64,000 nucleotides of DNA from an uncultured Methanoregulaceae archaeon (GTDB taxonomy: Archaea > Halobacteriota > Methanomicrobia > Methanomicrobiales > Methanospirillaceae), in assembly GCA_963705255.1 (NCBI GenBank), contig OY970061.1:1600001-1664000 (forward strand). The letters run 5' to 3'. Position numbers and translations under genes: made by a program. The notes beneath the pieces were generated by a model, which made no database searches, had not been told where the DNA came from, and saw only the letters and a list, made by a program, of their open reading frames with translations. Every line of letters begins with the position of its first letter. Within the stretch, counting starts at the first letter, position 1. Shown piece after piece: positions 10,224 to 21,343 of this stretch.

Positions 10224-10365
10224 GCCTTAAACCATGCGTTCTCATAAAATTTATAGTGTCTTGTCCGAAGCCGGAAACTCCCCCGGAACGCGGGTCCGCA
10301 TAAGAAAGCAGCAATCCTGAAAAAACTGTCACAGCCGACCCAGTTTTTCCGGCGCCCGCGGCACC

Positions 10366-10797
10366 CTACTCCGGGGATTCCCCGGCTGCATCCAGTTCGT
10401 CAAGGAACGGCATCAGTCCGGTGACAAAAGGTACGGTTTTGGCGCCGGGTCCCTGGTGATATTCACCGAACGAGACGATCTCGACCATGAGCGGGAACTC
10501 GCGCATGGTCTGCGCAAACGAAGGATCGTTCTCCCGTGTGAACCTGAGGAATGCATCGATGGTAATATAGGGCCGTTCGTACTCGGAGACATCCCGGAAC
10601 ATTTCCACAATCTCCCCGATCGTGTGGGAGTGCGCGAGATCTTTTTCAAAAAAAAGAAAAACATCGATACCATATCTCCCGGCGGTCTCGTCCAGAGCGA
10701 GGATATCAAAAGTCCTGCCGGTCCCAATCCCCAGCGATTCAAGTTTTTCCCGGACGGTTGTGCCGCACAATGCCGCCCATGCAGCAGAATTATTCAT
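10366..10797 (-). CDS. Hypothetical protein
   Basis: Coding-like ORF from MNNSAAWAALC with TATA-like tatatttac upstream; no recognisable family. Confidence 0.7.
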   Translation of the reverse strand: MNNSAAWAALCGTTVREKLESLGIGTGRTFDILALDETAGRYGIDVFLFFEKDLAHSHTIGEIVEMFRDVSEYERPYITIDAFLRFTRENDPSFAQTMREFPLMVEIVSFGEYHQGPGAKTVPFVTGLMPFLDELDAAGESPE

Positions 10798-11144
10798 AGA
10801 AGATAAGGGGCGTGTATTTTTGTAAATATATGGTTTGGGGACCGCTGGTTGCCGGAGGATTTGTGAACACGATGCCCTGTCCTGAAAGGGATCCGGCGGG
10901 TACATCCAGCCGGATACCTGAAGCGGAGAGCACCGCGGTCTCCTGCTTGCACCATGTTGTGACCGGAAGTTTCTTCAGAAGCAATTCCCTGACGAGGTCC
11001 GGGGCAGGGTTGCCCCGGGAGACTCAGATACTACGGACTATCCCGGAAAAAAAGATGACAGTTATCCGGTTCTGGTGACGCCGCGTGCCAGGAACCACAA
11101 CCCGAGCGCTATCAGGAAAACAGCGGCAAAATACGGCCAGAGAT

Positions 11145-11216
11145 TTGCCGGGCCCGGCCTGTTTCGGGACAAAGGCATTTTGGATGAGTTCCCTGCTGAA
11201 TGCCGCGGGGACACCG
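11145..11216 (-). pseudogene. Orphan 3' remnant of a DUF6159-like gene
   Basis: Encodes GVPAAFSRELIQNAFVPKQAGPG, homologous to the C-terminus GSVPSAFNPDLIKNAFAPKQAGPG of 12266-13105. Confidence 0.7.
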
Positions 11217-11339
11217 AGCTCAGATAACCAACAAATTGCCAATAGAATGTACTGGATTTTTTCCATGGGGTCTGGATTATATCAGATATACATCCCAAAA
11301 AAGAATATACATATGTATAGGCAATATTTTTTAATAAAA

Positions 11340-11897
11340 TTAGGAATTTTTTAATATTTCTGATTCATACTCCAGTTTCAATGAATTATAACGTGCCTCA
11401 TCGAGTCGCCCCATTTTATATTCATCAGTAATTTTTCTAATAGATTGGCGGATTTCATCATTCTTCTTAAATTTTACGAGACGTTCTTCGATTATAGCTT
11501 TGATCATCATCGGATTCGCTACACCTCTCATCATCTCAGTTCCAGTTGCAGTTCCCGGGGTAGCTATAAGCACATTACCAAAATTAAGGATTCTGCCAAA
11601 AAAATCTTGAACTAATGACGTATTGGTAACCCATTCCATCTTGATATCGTTCATTACTCGGGAAATTAATCCATATTTCACAAAAATTCGTTTATTAGAG
11701 ACGAAATATTCAGATGTTGCAACATTTATCCATGCGATAACGATGAAAATAATCGCTATTGGTATCCCCAAAATTGTTATAGCAAATATAACCGCACATA
11801 ACAACCAGACCCAATTAGCAGCCCAACTCATCTGACCGAACCAAAATGGTGTTTCTCCTTCAGTCATGCTTATTTCAGTAGGTATACGAATTGCCAT
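11340..11897 (-). CDS. Bacterial PH-domain (bPH_2-like) membrane protein, AT-rich
   Basis: TM hairpin then EYFVSNKRIFVKYGLIS..QDFFGRILNFGNVLI; markedly AT-rich. Confidence 0.82.
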   Translation of the reverse strand: MAIRIPTEISMTEGETPFWFGQMSWAANWVWLLCAVIFAITILGIPIAIIFIVIAWINVATSEYFVSNKRIFVKYGLISRVMNDIKMEWVTNTSLVQDFFGRILNFGNVLIATPGTATGTEMMRGVANPMMIKAIIEERLVKFKKNDEIRQSIRKITDEYKMGRLDEARYNSLKLEYESEILKNS

Positions 11898-12062
11898 AAT
11901 ATATCTCACACCCCACTTATAATAAATGATTTTCTATTCTCCAGACTGATATTCTATGTCAAAAATTAATGGTAAATAATCAATATTGCCTTTTTATGGA
12001 AACGATTTAATTAAGAATGTAATTAGGGAATTGATGCTACCATGCCATTAATTATGATGAAT

Positions 12063-12147
12063 GCCGCCGCCCCCGAAGGGGCGCCCCCGCGGCGGATCAA
12101 TGAAAAAAAGCAATTTTAAAAAATCTTCCTACCTCCGCCGTGCCTTA
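12063..12147 (+). repeat. GC-rich REP/MITE-like palindromic element, copy 1
   Basis: 33-nt core 32/33 identical to reverse complement of 46051-46083; second 13-nt block identical to reverse complement of 46023-46035. Confidence 0.85.
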
Positions 12148-12265
12148 AAGAGGTCCTGAGGTGAGGAAGTTTCACAAATGTTGCCTCAACTAACAATATC
12201 CATCATTCATATATGGACACATTGATTTATCCCATTTTAAAAGGTAAAAAAATTGAAAAAATGTT

Positions 12266-13105
12266 TCAAATATTTCCCGGGCCTGCCTGCTTAGGAGCAA
12301 AGGCATTTTTGATCAGGTCCGGGTTGAATGCTGATGGAACTGATCCGGTCTTTGCATAAGTGTAGAGTGCAGTCACGAAGATTCCTTGCATGGCCGAATA
12401 TACCACTGCAAGGAGAACAACCAAGATGAGGAATAGTACAAGTGCAACGCCAAAAATGACATCGTTCCCAAGGAGCCAAATGGCAAAGACACCAATTGCT
12501 GCAATAACGCCAATAATCATAAAGACGAGCACGATCGATACAGAACCGATGATGCTCTCACCCCAGGTCTTCCGGATCAGGGAGAAGGACTCTTTCACGG
12601 AACCGATGACTTCCTTGTCCTCAAGGACAAGGACGGGGACGACAAAATACGTCACCAGACTCCAGACACCCCCGACGATCAAGAGGACGATCTGCCCGAC
12701 GAGGCCTGACCGCTCCTCAAGGATGTGGAGGATGAGCCCGATCGTCGCGGAGATCAGCGCCCAGCCGAATATGGCGGGAATATGCCGTGCGGAACCGGAC
12801 AGTCCCTCCCTGACGGTCATATCCTTCCCGTTCAGCCGTGCACTGACGCAGGAGATGAGCGCCGTGTTGAAGAATATCACCACAAAGTAGCTGACCACGT
12901 AATACAGGAAGAGGATCCCGTAAAAGAGGAGCCCGGTCGTGTTCAGGAAGCTTCCGGCAACAAAGAGCGGGAGGACGAAGGAGAGGATGACAAGGATCGT
13001 GATGATTCCCGAAAGGACCGGGAATACGAGGAGTTTTTTGTCATCCATGAGAATATTCCAGCTCGTCTTCACCAGCTCGAAACTTCTGCCAATGCTTTCA
13101 AACAT
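12266..13105 (-). CDS. DUF6159-like membrane protein
   Basis: SFELVKTSWNIL..DKKLLVFP, WALISATIG, TYFVVPVLV, KTWGE motifs. Confidence 0.82.
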   Translation of the reverse strand: MFESIGRSFELVKTSWNILMDDKKLLVFPVLSGIITILVILSFVLPLFVAGSFLNTTGLLFYGILFLYYVVSYFVVIFFNTALISCVSARLNGKDMTVREGLSGSARHIPAIFGWALISATIGLILHILEERSGLVGQIVLLIVGGVWSLVTYFVVPVLVLEDKEVIGSVKESFSLIRKTWGESIIGSVSIVLVFMIIGVIAAIGVFAIWLLGNDVIFGVALVLFLILVVLLAVVYSAMQGIFVTALYTYAKTGSVPSAFNPDLIKNAFAPKQAGPGNI

Positions 13106-13185
13106 ACTGACAGCGTGGACGGTAAAACGAGATGAAGGTTATGCCGCATACGAACCCGGGGCCAAAAAGGTCGGATCTCACGGAC

Positions 13186-13890
13186 TCATGCCCTGCGCAT
13201 GAAAAGGAGGAACCCGAGGCCCAGTCCGGCAACCGTTGCAGGAAGAGAGAGTCCGGGCGAGGGTGCAGTCGGGACGGCCGTCGGGGCGGGGGCCGGGGTG
13301 AATGTGGGGGAAGGCGCCGTCCCGGTCGTCTCCGGCTGCCCCGCCACCGGCACCGTTATGACCATCACGCTGCCCGGGACGAGCTGGTTGCTGTTGTCGA
13401 TCTCCTCCACCTGCAGGAGCATGACCTGCGGTCCGGCTGCCTGCGGCACGGTCCCATCGACCGAAACGATGAACGAGACATCGTGATAGGAGGAGTAGGA
13501 GAGGAGGAAGCCGCTCAGGAATGCGGCACTCCCCCGGGCAGTCTGGTTTGCAGTGTTCAGGCCATCCACAACGACCTGGATAGTCCATCGGGCACCGGAA
13601 AGCCCGGTCTGCATCTGGAGCTCGTGGCCGCTGTAAAATGTGCAGGGCCCGGGACTGATATACAGGCACGTGCTGGTAGAGGCAGACGTACAGGCGCCGA
13701 CAGGATAAAATGAGCACGTGGCAGTGGGAGTCAGGATATACCGTGCGGCCACGTGCTGCTGACCGCCCGGCGTGAGGGGCGGGGACGGGAGATACGTGAC
13801 GCTGGAGAGGGAGAGCGATGCGGCTGCTGGATACGCCGCGAGCAGGAGGGCCGCGGTCCCGCAGATGACCAGAAGGGGCAGGGTTTTCAT
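13186..13890 (-). CDS. Secreted/cell-surface protein with Thr/Pro linker and C-terminal membrane anchor
   Basis: Signal peptide, Cys-rich patch, PT-rich linker, SPGLS + TM + RR tail (archaeosortase-like). Confidence 0.75.
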   Translation of the reverse strand: MKTLPLLVICGTAALLLAAYPAAASLSLSSVTYLPSPPLTPGGQQHVAARYILTPTATCSFYPVGACTSASTSTCLYISPGPCTFYSGHELQMQTGLSGARWTIQVVVDGLNTANQTARGSAAFLSGFLLSYSSYHDVSFIVSVDGTVPQAAGPQVMLLQVEEIDNSNQLVPGSVMVITVPVAGQPETTGTAPSPTFTPAPAPTAVPTAPSPGLSLPATVAGLGLGFLLFMRRA

Positions 13891-13922
13891 GATGCTTCAT
13901 CGCTCCCGGGGGTTCGTCCTGA

Positions 13923-14828
13923 TCAGCGGGCCTGTATGCTGCGGATGAACCGCCCGGCATGATCGATCGCCTGCTGGGCTTCGGGTATCTGCTCTGCAAA
14001 CACCTGCCAGCAGTGGAACATTCCCTCCCACAGTTCTGCCTGGACCGGTACTCCGGCCCAGCGGGCCTTGTCCACGAACTTCCCGACATCGGATAGCAGC
14101 AGCTCGTGCGTCCCCACCTGGATATAGAGCCGCGGGAGGCCGGAGAGGCTGGCATGGAGAGGGGATGCGATCGGGTCCTGGGGATCATGGCCTGCAAGGT
14201 AGACGCTGCGGATCGCGTGGAGGCGGCCCGGCGTGATCCAGTCCCGCTCCTGGTTCTTCGCCACGGACTCCCCTTCAAAGAGCATATCGACTTCTGGTGA
14301 CAGGCAGACCGCGGCAGGGGGGAGCGTCAGGCGCTGGTCGCGGAGCGTGAGAAGGAGCCCAAGGACGAGGGTGCCCCCGGCAGAGATTCCCGCGGGGAGT
14401 ATGCGGTGGGGGGGATACCCCCGTGACTGGAGGTACCGGAATGCAGCAACGGCATCTTCGACCGGGGCAGGGAAGACATGTTCGGGGGCCAGCCGGTAAT
14501 CGACCGAGAAGACTTTTGCCCCGGCAGCCCGGGCAAGCCTCAGGCAGAGGCCGAGGTGGTCTTCGGTCGACCCGATCGTGAACCAGCCCCCGTGGAAGAA
14601 GAGGACGACATGGTCCGGATCCGATTCCGGGACCGAGATCCAGTACCCCCCCACGCCGTCCCTGAACATGACCTTCTCGATCTGGTGGGTCGTGCTCCCG
14701 ATCGTCTCTTCCTGCATATCCTTGTAAAAAGCGGAGAAGTCCTGACGTACCGCTGCAAGGGGCAGTTTCGGGTCAGGCGTATGGGATCGGATAATTTCAA
14801 GGAATTCCTCAGGAGATTCGCGGATCAT
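13923..14828 (-). CDS. Alpha/beta hydrolase (HSL-family esterase)
   Basis: HGG oxyanion motif, DYRLAPEH, GISAGG nucleophile elbow, GMFH. Confidence 0.92.
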   Translation of the reverse strand: MIRESPEEFLEIIRSHTPDPKLPLAAVRQDFSAFYKDMQEETIGSTTHQIEKVMFRDGVGGYWISVPESDPDHVVLFFHGGWFTIGSTEDHLGLCLRLARAAGAKVFSVDYRLAPEHVFPAPVEDAVAAFRYLQSRGYPPHRILPAGISAGGTLVLGLLLTLRDQRLTLPPAAVCLSPEVDMLFEGESVAKNQERDWITPGRLHAIRSVYLAGHDPQDPIASPLHASLSGLPRLYIQVGTHELLLSDVGKFVDKARWAGVPVQAELWEGMFHCWQVFAEQIPEAQQAIDHAGRFIRSIQAR

Positions 14829-15247
14829 TATTTAGTCTCTTTTAGCAGGACTTGTAAATAAAATGAAGGGGTACCCGGACCCGCGATGGGCAGGGATCAC
14901 CGGTAAAACCAGTACGCATACCATCCCCCAGAACCGGGATCCCCGGCAGGACTGCCGGCACCCGTGAGACCGGGGAACGGACCGTACGGAACGTATCCCG
15001 CCGCCTGCTACCGTTCCGCGACCTTTTTGGGATCTTTCATCGGTTTCATAAGGAGATGCCCTTCTGGTCCTTCAGGTCCGGGTCCCTCTCCGGAGAAACG
15101 CGACCACATCGGTTCTCCGGCAATGCCTGATGTCAACCAGGAACCGAAGACAGATGGCATCCGGACAGCCGCTTCTGAAGATGCCTTCCTCATCCTGATC
15201 CTGATTTATCAGCAAGAGATTTATTAATCTGCACCCTCCATCATTGT

Positions 15248-16400
15248 ATGAACGCGATGCCCTCCCATAGTTTCTGTTTTTCAGCGGATTCTACACGGGA
15301 AATTTCCGAAAGGATCAGGAATTTTTCAGATTTTCACCCAGCGCTCGGGATCATCTTCAGCTCCGTTGCGCTCGGTATTCCCGGCCTGGCTTCTCAAATC
15401 GCTTCAGCCGGGTTCCCCGTGTTCGGCTGCTCGACCTGCGGGGAGATCCTGAAGGGGGAGGGGGAGGGTCCCGTACTCGAGGAGTCAGCCGTGTGCTGCC
15501 TGCTCGATATCGATCCGTCCGTCTTTTCCGTGGCACTCTTTGAGAGACGCGATGAATCGTCCTTTGACTTCGGCAAGCGGATCGGTGCCTGGGGGAAGAA
15601 GACGTTTGCCAGCCCGGCCTTCATCGTCACCATGGCGGGCCTTAAAAATGACGGGGAGGCATTGGTCCGTGGCATTGAATCGGGAAGCCACCCCGGGACC
15701 CGGATATTCGGGGGGCTTGCAGGAGATGACAGGAAATTTTCCGGGACCTACGTTTTTTCCCATACCGGCTGGTCGGCGGATGGTGCGGCAGTGATCGGTA
15801 CTGGACCGGTCCCGGATAGAAGTGAACGGCATTGCCACCAGCGGATGGGCTGGCGTAGGGGGGGAGATGGTGATAACCTCATCGGAGGGGAACGTGGTAC
15901 GGACCATCAACAACCGCCCTCCTGTCGAGATTTACAAGGAGTACCTCCATGTGAGTGACGGTGACCTCCAGGATATGGGAATATCCTTCCCCCTTCTCGT
16001 GAGGAGGCCGGATGGATCCGAAGTACTCCGTGCGTTTCTGGCTGTCGATTTCGAGACCGGTTCCCTGGTGTTTGCGGGAGCCGTGCCCCAGGGAGCCAGG
16101 GTGCGGTTTTCCAGTTCGTTCGGACATGAGATCATCGAAAAATCGGTCCAGGATCTCACGTGCTGGCACCGGCAGCACCCCCGGGCGGATCTCGTCCTCA
16201 TCTTCTCCTGCATGGCACGCCATCAGGTCTCAGGGCCCATGGTAGCAGAAGAGATCGCCGCGGCATCGGATCTCTGGAAGGCCCCGCTGATAGGCTTCTT
16301 CACCTATGGCGAGATAGGCCATAACCTCTACGGGACCTGTGATTTCTACAACGAGACACTCAGCCTTGTCGCGATCGAGTTCCTCCCTGACCGGATATGA
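15248..16400 (+). CDS. FIST (NosP-like) sensory protein, split by one frameshift near 15797 (probable sequencing error)
   Basis: FGCSTCGEI, IFGGLAGDD in ORF 15248; FSCMAR and GFFTYGEI in ORF 15822; removing one G at GGTAC restores VIVLDRSRIEVNG. Confidence 0.85.
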
Positions 16401-19400
16401 AACAGCTTGACCGACTCTGGACCGAACTGCAGCCGCTCCTTGCGCAGCATTCAGCGGAAGAGCAGGAAAACCTGAATGCTGCCTTCGGCCGTGCAAAAAA
16501 GGAGACCTCGCTCCTCGAATCAAAATATCAGCGCGCGATCCGGGACCGGGCTGCGGTCCATGCCCTGCTCAAGAAGGCGTCCGAGGATCTCCTCCAGAGG
16601 TACCAGACCCTTTTCGAGAACTCCGGAACAGCGATGGTAGTCATTGAAAATGACGGGACGATCTCGCTTGCCAATACCCTGTTCCTGAACCTCCTTGGTT
16701 ACCGTCGGGAAGACATTGAGAACCGGAAAAGTTTCTTTGCCATTTTCGACGAACGCTTCCAGGATCAGGAGCAGGACTATCACCTGCGCAGGCGGGCCGG
16801 CGATACGACTGTGCCTCACCGGTACGAGGCCCAGGTTATCAGCAGCGACGGCAGAGTTCTGGATGTCATCATCATGATCGGGCTGTTCCTCGGGACCACC
16901 CAGAGTGCGGCATCGATCGTTGACATCACCGACCGGAAACGTATGGAGGATGAGCTCAGGCTCTTTAAGGCCTCCGCCGACCGGGCATATGATGAAGTAT
17001 TCTGGCTCGATTTCGAGGGCAACATGCTCTACGTGAACGACGCGGCCTCGCGGAATACCGGGTACTCGCGGGAGGAGCTCCTTGCCATGAAGGTCTTTGA
17101 ACTGGACCCGGACTTCAACCCGGATATCTGGAAGGGATTCACCGAGGACCTCCGGAAGAAGGGATCCATGATCTTCGAGACCCGGCACCGGCGCAAGAAC
17201 GGGGAGCTGATGGATATCGAGATCGTATCGAACTATGTCACCAAAGAGGGGAGCGAGTACAGCTTCGCCTTCGTCCGGGATATCACCGACCGCAAGCGCA
17301 CGGAACGGGACATTCTCCAGAAGAACGAAGAACTGAACAAGGCTTACGGGCAGCTGGCTGCGATTGAGCAGGAACTCCGGCAGCAATATGACGAACTTGC
17401 CAGCAGCCAGAAGCTGCTGAAGGAGAGCGAGGCCAAGTTCCACGGTGTCTTCAACAATGCGAATGATGCGATCTTCATCCACCACGCCCGGGAAGGCACC
17501 CCGGGCAGGTTCCTGGAAGTAAATGACTTCATGTGCAACGCACTGGGGTACTCCCGGGATGAACTCCTCACCATGGAAGTGAAGGATATCATATCCGAAA
17601 CCCACCTGAAAGAGGTGCCGGATATCAGCAGGGAGATCGCCGAGAGAGGGTCCCATAAATTTTACGCTGAACTGGTGCGGAAGGACGGGTCAACATTCCC
17701 CGTTGAGGTGAACTCCCACAAATACCAGTTCTCCGGACAGGAGGTCGTCCTGGCGGTTGCACGGGATATCACCGAATGGAAGCACGCAGAGCAGGAGATC
17801 CTCCATGCGAACAAGGAGCTCAACGCGGCATATGAGCAGCTGGCTGCCGTCGAACAGGAACTCCGGTCAAATTACGAGAACCTGAGCGCAACGGAGAAAA
17901 AACTCCGGGAGAGCGAGGCATGGTCGCGGGAATTCGCCGAGCTCCTCCCCCAGTGCGTCTATGAGGTAGATACGGCCGGGAGGATCCTCTTCGGGAACCA
18001 GAACGCCATGGACATCTTCGGGATCACCCGCGAGATGCTTGACGCCGGCCTGAACATGCGGGATATCATCATCCCGGAGGAATGGGAGCAGGCAGAGAGG
18101 AACATGGCCCAGATTGTCAAGATGGGAAGGAAAACCTCAGAGGATCTGTATCACTGCCGGAGGAAGGACGGCTCCCTGATGCCGGCCAACTTTTACACCG
18201 CCGCGGTCTATCGTGACGGTGCGCTTGCGGGGTTCCGGGGCATCGTCGTTGATATAACCGATGCCCTCAGGGCACAGGAGGCGCTGCAGAGAAGCGAGAC
18301 CCGGTTCCGTGAACTTGCCGAGCTCCTGCCCCAGATCGTGTTCGAACTGGATGAAAACCTGAAGTTCACCTTCTTCAACTGGAATACCATCGAGATGACC
18401 GGGTATGCCTATGACGACCTGTCACACAACAGGACCGGCATCTATGATATTCTCCAGCAGTCGGATCGCCTGCCTGCCGAGCGTTTTTTTGCCCACATCC
18501 TCCAGGACCGTGCCAGCGGCCACCTCGAATGCGGGCTCGTTACCCTTGACGGCAGGGAGATCCGCGCCATCATCTACGCTTCCCCAATAATCGGGGGAAA
18601 CCGGGTTGCAGGCATCCGGGGAGTCATCGTCGACATCGCAGAACAGAAAAGCCTTGAGCTGGCGTTCCGGGAGAGCGAGCTGCGGTTCCGGGAGCTGGCC
18701 GAGCTCGTCCCGCAGTTTATCTTCGAGACCGACAGGAACTTCCGGTTCACCTATTTCAACCTGAGCGCGCTGAACGTCACCGGGTATGATCACGAGGACT
18801 TTGCGAAAGGGCTGGATGCCTTTTCCCTCGTGGACATTGCCGACAGGCGACGTATCAGGGAGTCCTTCATGAGGATTTTCGCGGGTGAGGACGTGCCTCC
18901 CCTCCAGTTCCCTCTCACAACGAAGGAGCGGGACAAGATCCCGGTCATCATGTACGCTGCGCCGATCATCAGGGAGAACGAATATGCGGGGATACGCGGG
19001 ATCATCGTCGATATTTCCGATCAGAAACGGCTCGAGACCGCACTCGCGACCACAAACCAGAAACTCAACCTGATGAACAGCCTGACCCGCCACGATGTCC
19101 TGAACAATATCACCGGACTTCTCGGCCTCGTCGATATGCTGGGGGAGATTACAACTGAGAGCAAGGCACGGGAACTCATCCTGGAGATCCACGACCTGAT
19201 CAACACGGTAAAGGACCAGATCCTCTTCACCAGGGACTACCAGAGCGTGGGGGTGAAGGCTCCCCAGTGGCAGAGCCTCTGCGAGGGCATCGGGAGCGCG
19301 GTATCGGCCATCGGGCGGGACACGGTACCGGTGAAGATGCCCGTATCCGATGCCGAGATCTATGCCGATCCCTTTTTCGGCAGGGTCTTTTACAACCTGA

Positions 19401-19690
19401 TCGATAACAGTTTCAGGCACGGTGAATCGGTCCGGAACATCTCGGTTGATACCGAGGTTCTGCCGGAGGGGGGTCTCCTTATACGGTACTGCGATGACGG
19501 GACGGGCGTCCCGCCGGATGAGAAGGAACTGATCTTCAAGCAGGGATACGGCAAAAATACCGGGTTCGGCCTTTTTATCATCCGCGAGATCCTGGGGATA
19601 ACCTGCCTGACCATCAGGGAGACCGGGGTATATAAGAGCGGGGTACGGTTCGAGATCACGGTCCCGAAAGAGGCATGGCGGGCCGTATAG
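16397..19690 (+). CDS. Multi-PAS sensor histidine kinase
   Basis: Six PAS/PAC repeats, H-box LTRHDVLN, NLIDNSFRHG, DDGTG, GFGLF; ATGA overlap with FIST gene. Confidence 0.93.
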   Translation: MKQLDRLWTELQPLLAQHSAEEQENLNAAFGRAKKETSLLESKYQRAIRDRAAVHALLKKASEDLLQRYQTLFENSGTAMVVIENDGTISLANTLFLNLLGYRREDIENRKSFFAIFDERFQDQEQDYHLRRRAGDTTVPHRYEAQVISSDGRVLDVIIMIGLFLGTTQSAASIVDITDRKRMEDELRLFKASADRAYDEVFWLDFEGNMLYVNDAASRNTGYSREELLAMKVFELDPDFNPDIWKGFTEDLRKKGSMIFETRHRRKNGELMDIEIVSNYVTKEGSEYSFAFVRDITDRKRTERDILQKNEELNKAYGQLAAIEQELRQQYDELASSQKLLKESEAKFHGVFNNANDAIFIHHAREGTPGRFLEVNDFMCNALGYSRDELLTMEVKDIISETHLKEVPDISREIAERGSHKFYAELVRKDGSTFPVEVNSHKYQFSGQEVVLAVARDITEWKHAEQEILHANKELNAAYEQLAAVEQELRSNYENLSATEKKLRESEAWSREFAELLPQCVYEVDTAGRILFGNQNAMDIFGITREMLDAGLNMRDIIIPEEWEQAERNMAQIVKMGRKTSEDLYHCRRKDGSLMPANFYTAAVYRDGALAGFRGIVVDITDALRAQEALQRSETRFRELAELLPQIVFELDENLKFTFFNWNTIEMTGYAYDDLSHNRTGIYDILQQSDRLPAERFFAHILQDRASGHLECGLVTLDGREIRAIIYASPIIGGNRVAGIRGVIVDIAEQKSLELAFRESELRFRELAELVPQFIFETDRNFRFTYFNLSALNVTGYDHEDFAKGLDAFSLVDIADRRRIRESFMRIFAGEDVPPLQFPLTTKERDKIPVIMYAAPIIRENEYAGIRGIIVDISDQKRLETALATTNQKLNLMNSLTRHDVLNNITGLLGLVDMLGEITTESKARELILEIHDLINTVKDQILFTRDYQSVGVKAPQWQSLCEGIGSAVSAIGRDTVPVKMPVSDAEIYADPFFGRVFYNLIDNSFRHGESVRNISVDTEVLPEGGLLIRYCDDGTGVPPDEKELIFKQGYGKNTGFGLFIIREILGITCLTIRETGVYKSGVRFEITVPKEAWRAV

Positions 19691-19751
19691 CGCGGAAGAA
19701 AGAGAGAGTATTATCCAAAAAGCGATGTATGATTGTATAGGAGACTGAACG

Positions 19752-20115
19752 ATGACGAAGATCCTCCTTGTCGAAGATGACGATATTGTCTCACGGGTTG
19801 CCATCTGGCGCCTGGAGAAACTCGGCTACGAAGTCTGCGGGAGAGCGACCAACAGCGCCGCTGCCGTGAACCTGGCAAGAGAACACCATCCCGATCTCAT
19901 CCTGATGGACATCAAGATTGCCGGACCCAGTGACGGCATAACGACCGCGAAGATGCTCAAAGAGGTCACCACTGCACCGCTGGTGTATCTTACGTCCCAG
20001 AGCGACGAAGAGACCGTCATCCGGGCGGCCGAGACCCGGCTGCGGCTTCATCTCGAAGCCATTCGAGGACAAGGATCTCAGGATCGCAATCGAGATCGCG
20101 CTCCGGAAGAAATAA
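19752..20115 (+). CDS. Single-domain response regulator (frameshift near 20040, probable error)
   Basis: ILLVEDD, DLILMDI, YLTS; second frame gives CGFISKPFEDKDLRIAIEIALRKK-stop. Confidence 0.85.
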
Positions 20116-20217
20116 CCGGATCGAAACGTGGCGGTAAACGGCAGAATACGGGATATTCTCTTTTGACTGCTCCCGGAACAGGAGTGGGGCCCTTTCAGGC
20201 GGACTGGGAACGGCTGC

Positions 20218-21036
20218 TTACCGATAGTGCCCGCCCACCCCGGTCAGCTCCTCCGCCATCTTCCAGAGCCGTTCCTGAATCCTACGGTCGTAGGACAGGG
20301 CAGACGAGCGGACCTCCCGCCGTTCATCGAAATACCGCCCCGACACCCCGGCCACATCCGGGGAACGTGCGAGCCAGATCGATGTCTGCGCCCCTTCTTC
20401 CGGCGTGATGGTGGCGATACCGGGAGCCGCGGATCGGGAGAGCTTCGTGTCTGCGACGCCGGGGTGCAGGCAGTTGGCCGTGATCCCGCTCCCTTCGAGG
20501 TTCCGGGCAAGGGTATACGTGAATGCCACATCGGCAAATTTCGAGAGCGAGTAGGCCCCCCACGGATCGTACCGGCGCTCCTGCGGCAGGTTCTCCCAGT
20601 CGATCCTGTCCACATCCTCGTGGGCGCTCGAAGCGACGGTGACGATGCGGGAATTTTTCCGGAGCAGGGGGAGCAGCAGGTGGGTGAGGAGGAAGGGGGC
20701 GAGGTAGTTCACGGCAAAGGTCATCTCGACCCTTTCCGCCGTCACATGCCGGGCCTTCTGGTAGGTGCCTACGTTATTGACGAGGACATCGAGGCGGGGA
20801 TAGCGCGACGTGAGGTCAGCTGCCATTTCACGGATCCGGTCCTGCCGGGCGAAGTCGGCGATGAACAGATCGGGGCGGGCGGAGCCGGTCTTCCCCAGCT
20901 CCTGCTGTACCCGTTTCCCTTTCTTTTCGTCCCTCCCGTGGAGGATCACCTCAGCTCCCCCGGCGGCCAGTGCGGTCGCGGTGGCCTTGCCGATACCGTC
21001 CGTGGAGCCCGTGACAAGAATGAGCGGCTGTGCCAT
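20218..21036 (-). CDS. Short-chain dehydrogenase/reductase
   Basis: TGSTDGIG, YSLSK catalytic motif, LHPG. Confidence 0.92.
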   Translation of the reverse strand: MAQPLILVTGSTDGIGKATATALAAGGAEVILHGRDEKKGKRVQQELGKTGSARPDLFIADFARQDRIREMAADLTSRYPRLDVLVNNVGTYQKARHVTAERVEMTFAVNYLAPFLLTHLLLPLLRKNSRIVTVASSAHEDVDRIDWENLPQERRYDPWGAYSLSKFADVAFTYTLARNLEGSGITANCLHPGVADTKLSRSAAPGIATITPEEGAQTSIWLARSPDVAGVSGRYFDERREVRSSALSYDRRIQERLWKMAEELTGVGGHYR

Positions 21037-21343
21037 GCTGGCGTGTATCGGGCTGCGACGGGAAGAACGTTTCGGATACGTTCCAGCGTTTCCGTGGAGC
21101 CCGCCCTTTGAATCATCCGTCAGGATACTCCGGGAGTTCCCCCGGACCTATCGTACTCCGGATTTTTCCGGAACAGTTCACGGGTTTTTTCGCCGGATGA
21201 AAACCGGCCACTTCCCGATATTTTATATATTTCTTCAGTCAAGCATAGCACGTGCTGAAAAGGGCACACAACCGGAACATGAGCCAATGCCGGGAGAAGA
21301 CCGGGGGTATCATGTCCAGCCAGGAAACGAGCAAGGTGAATCC

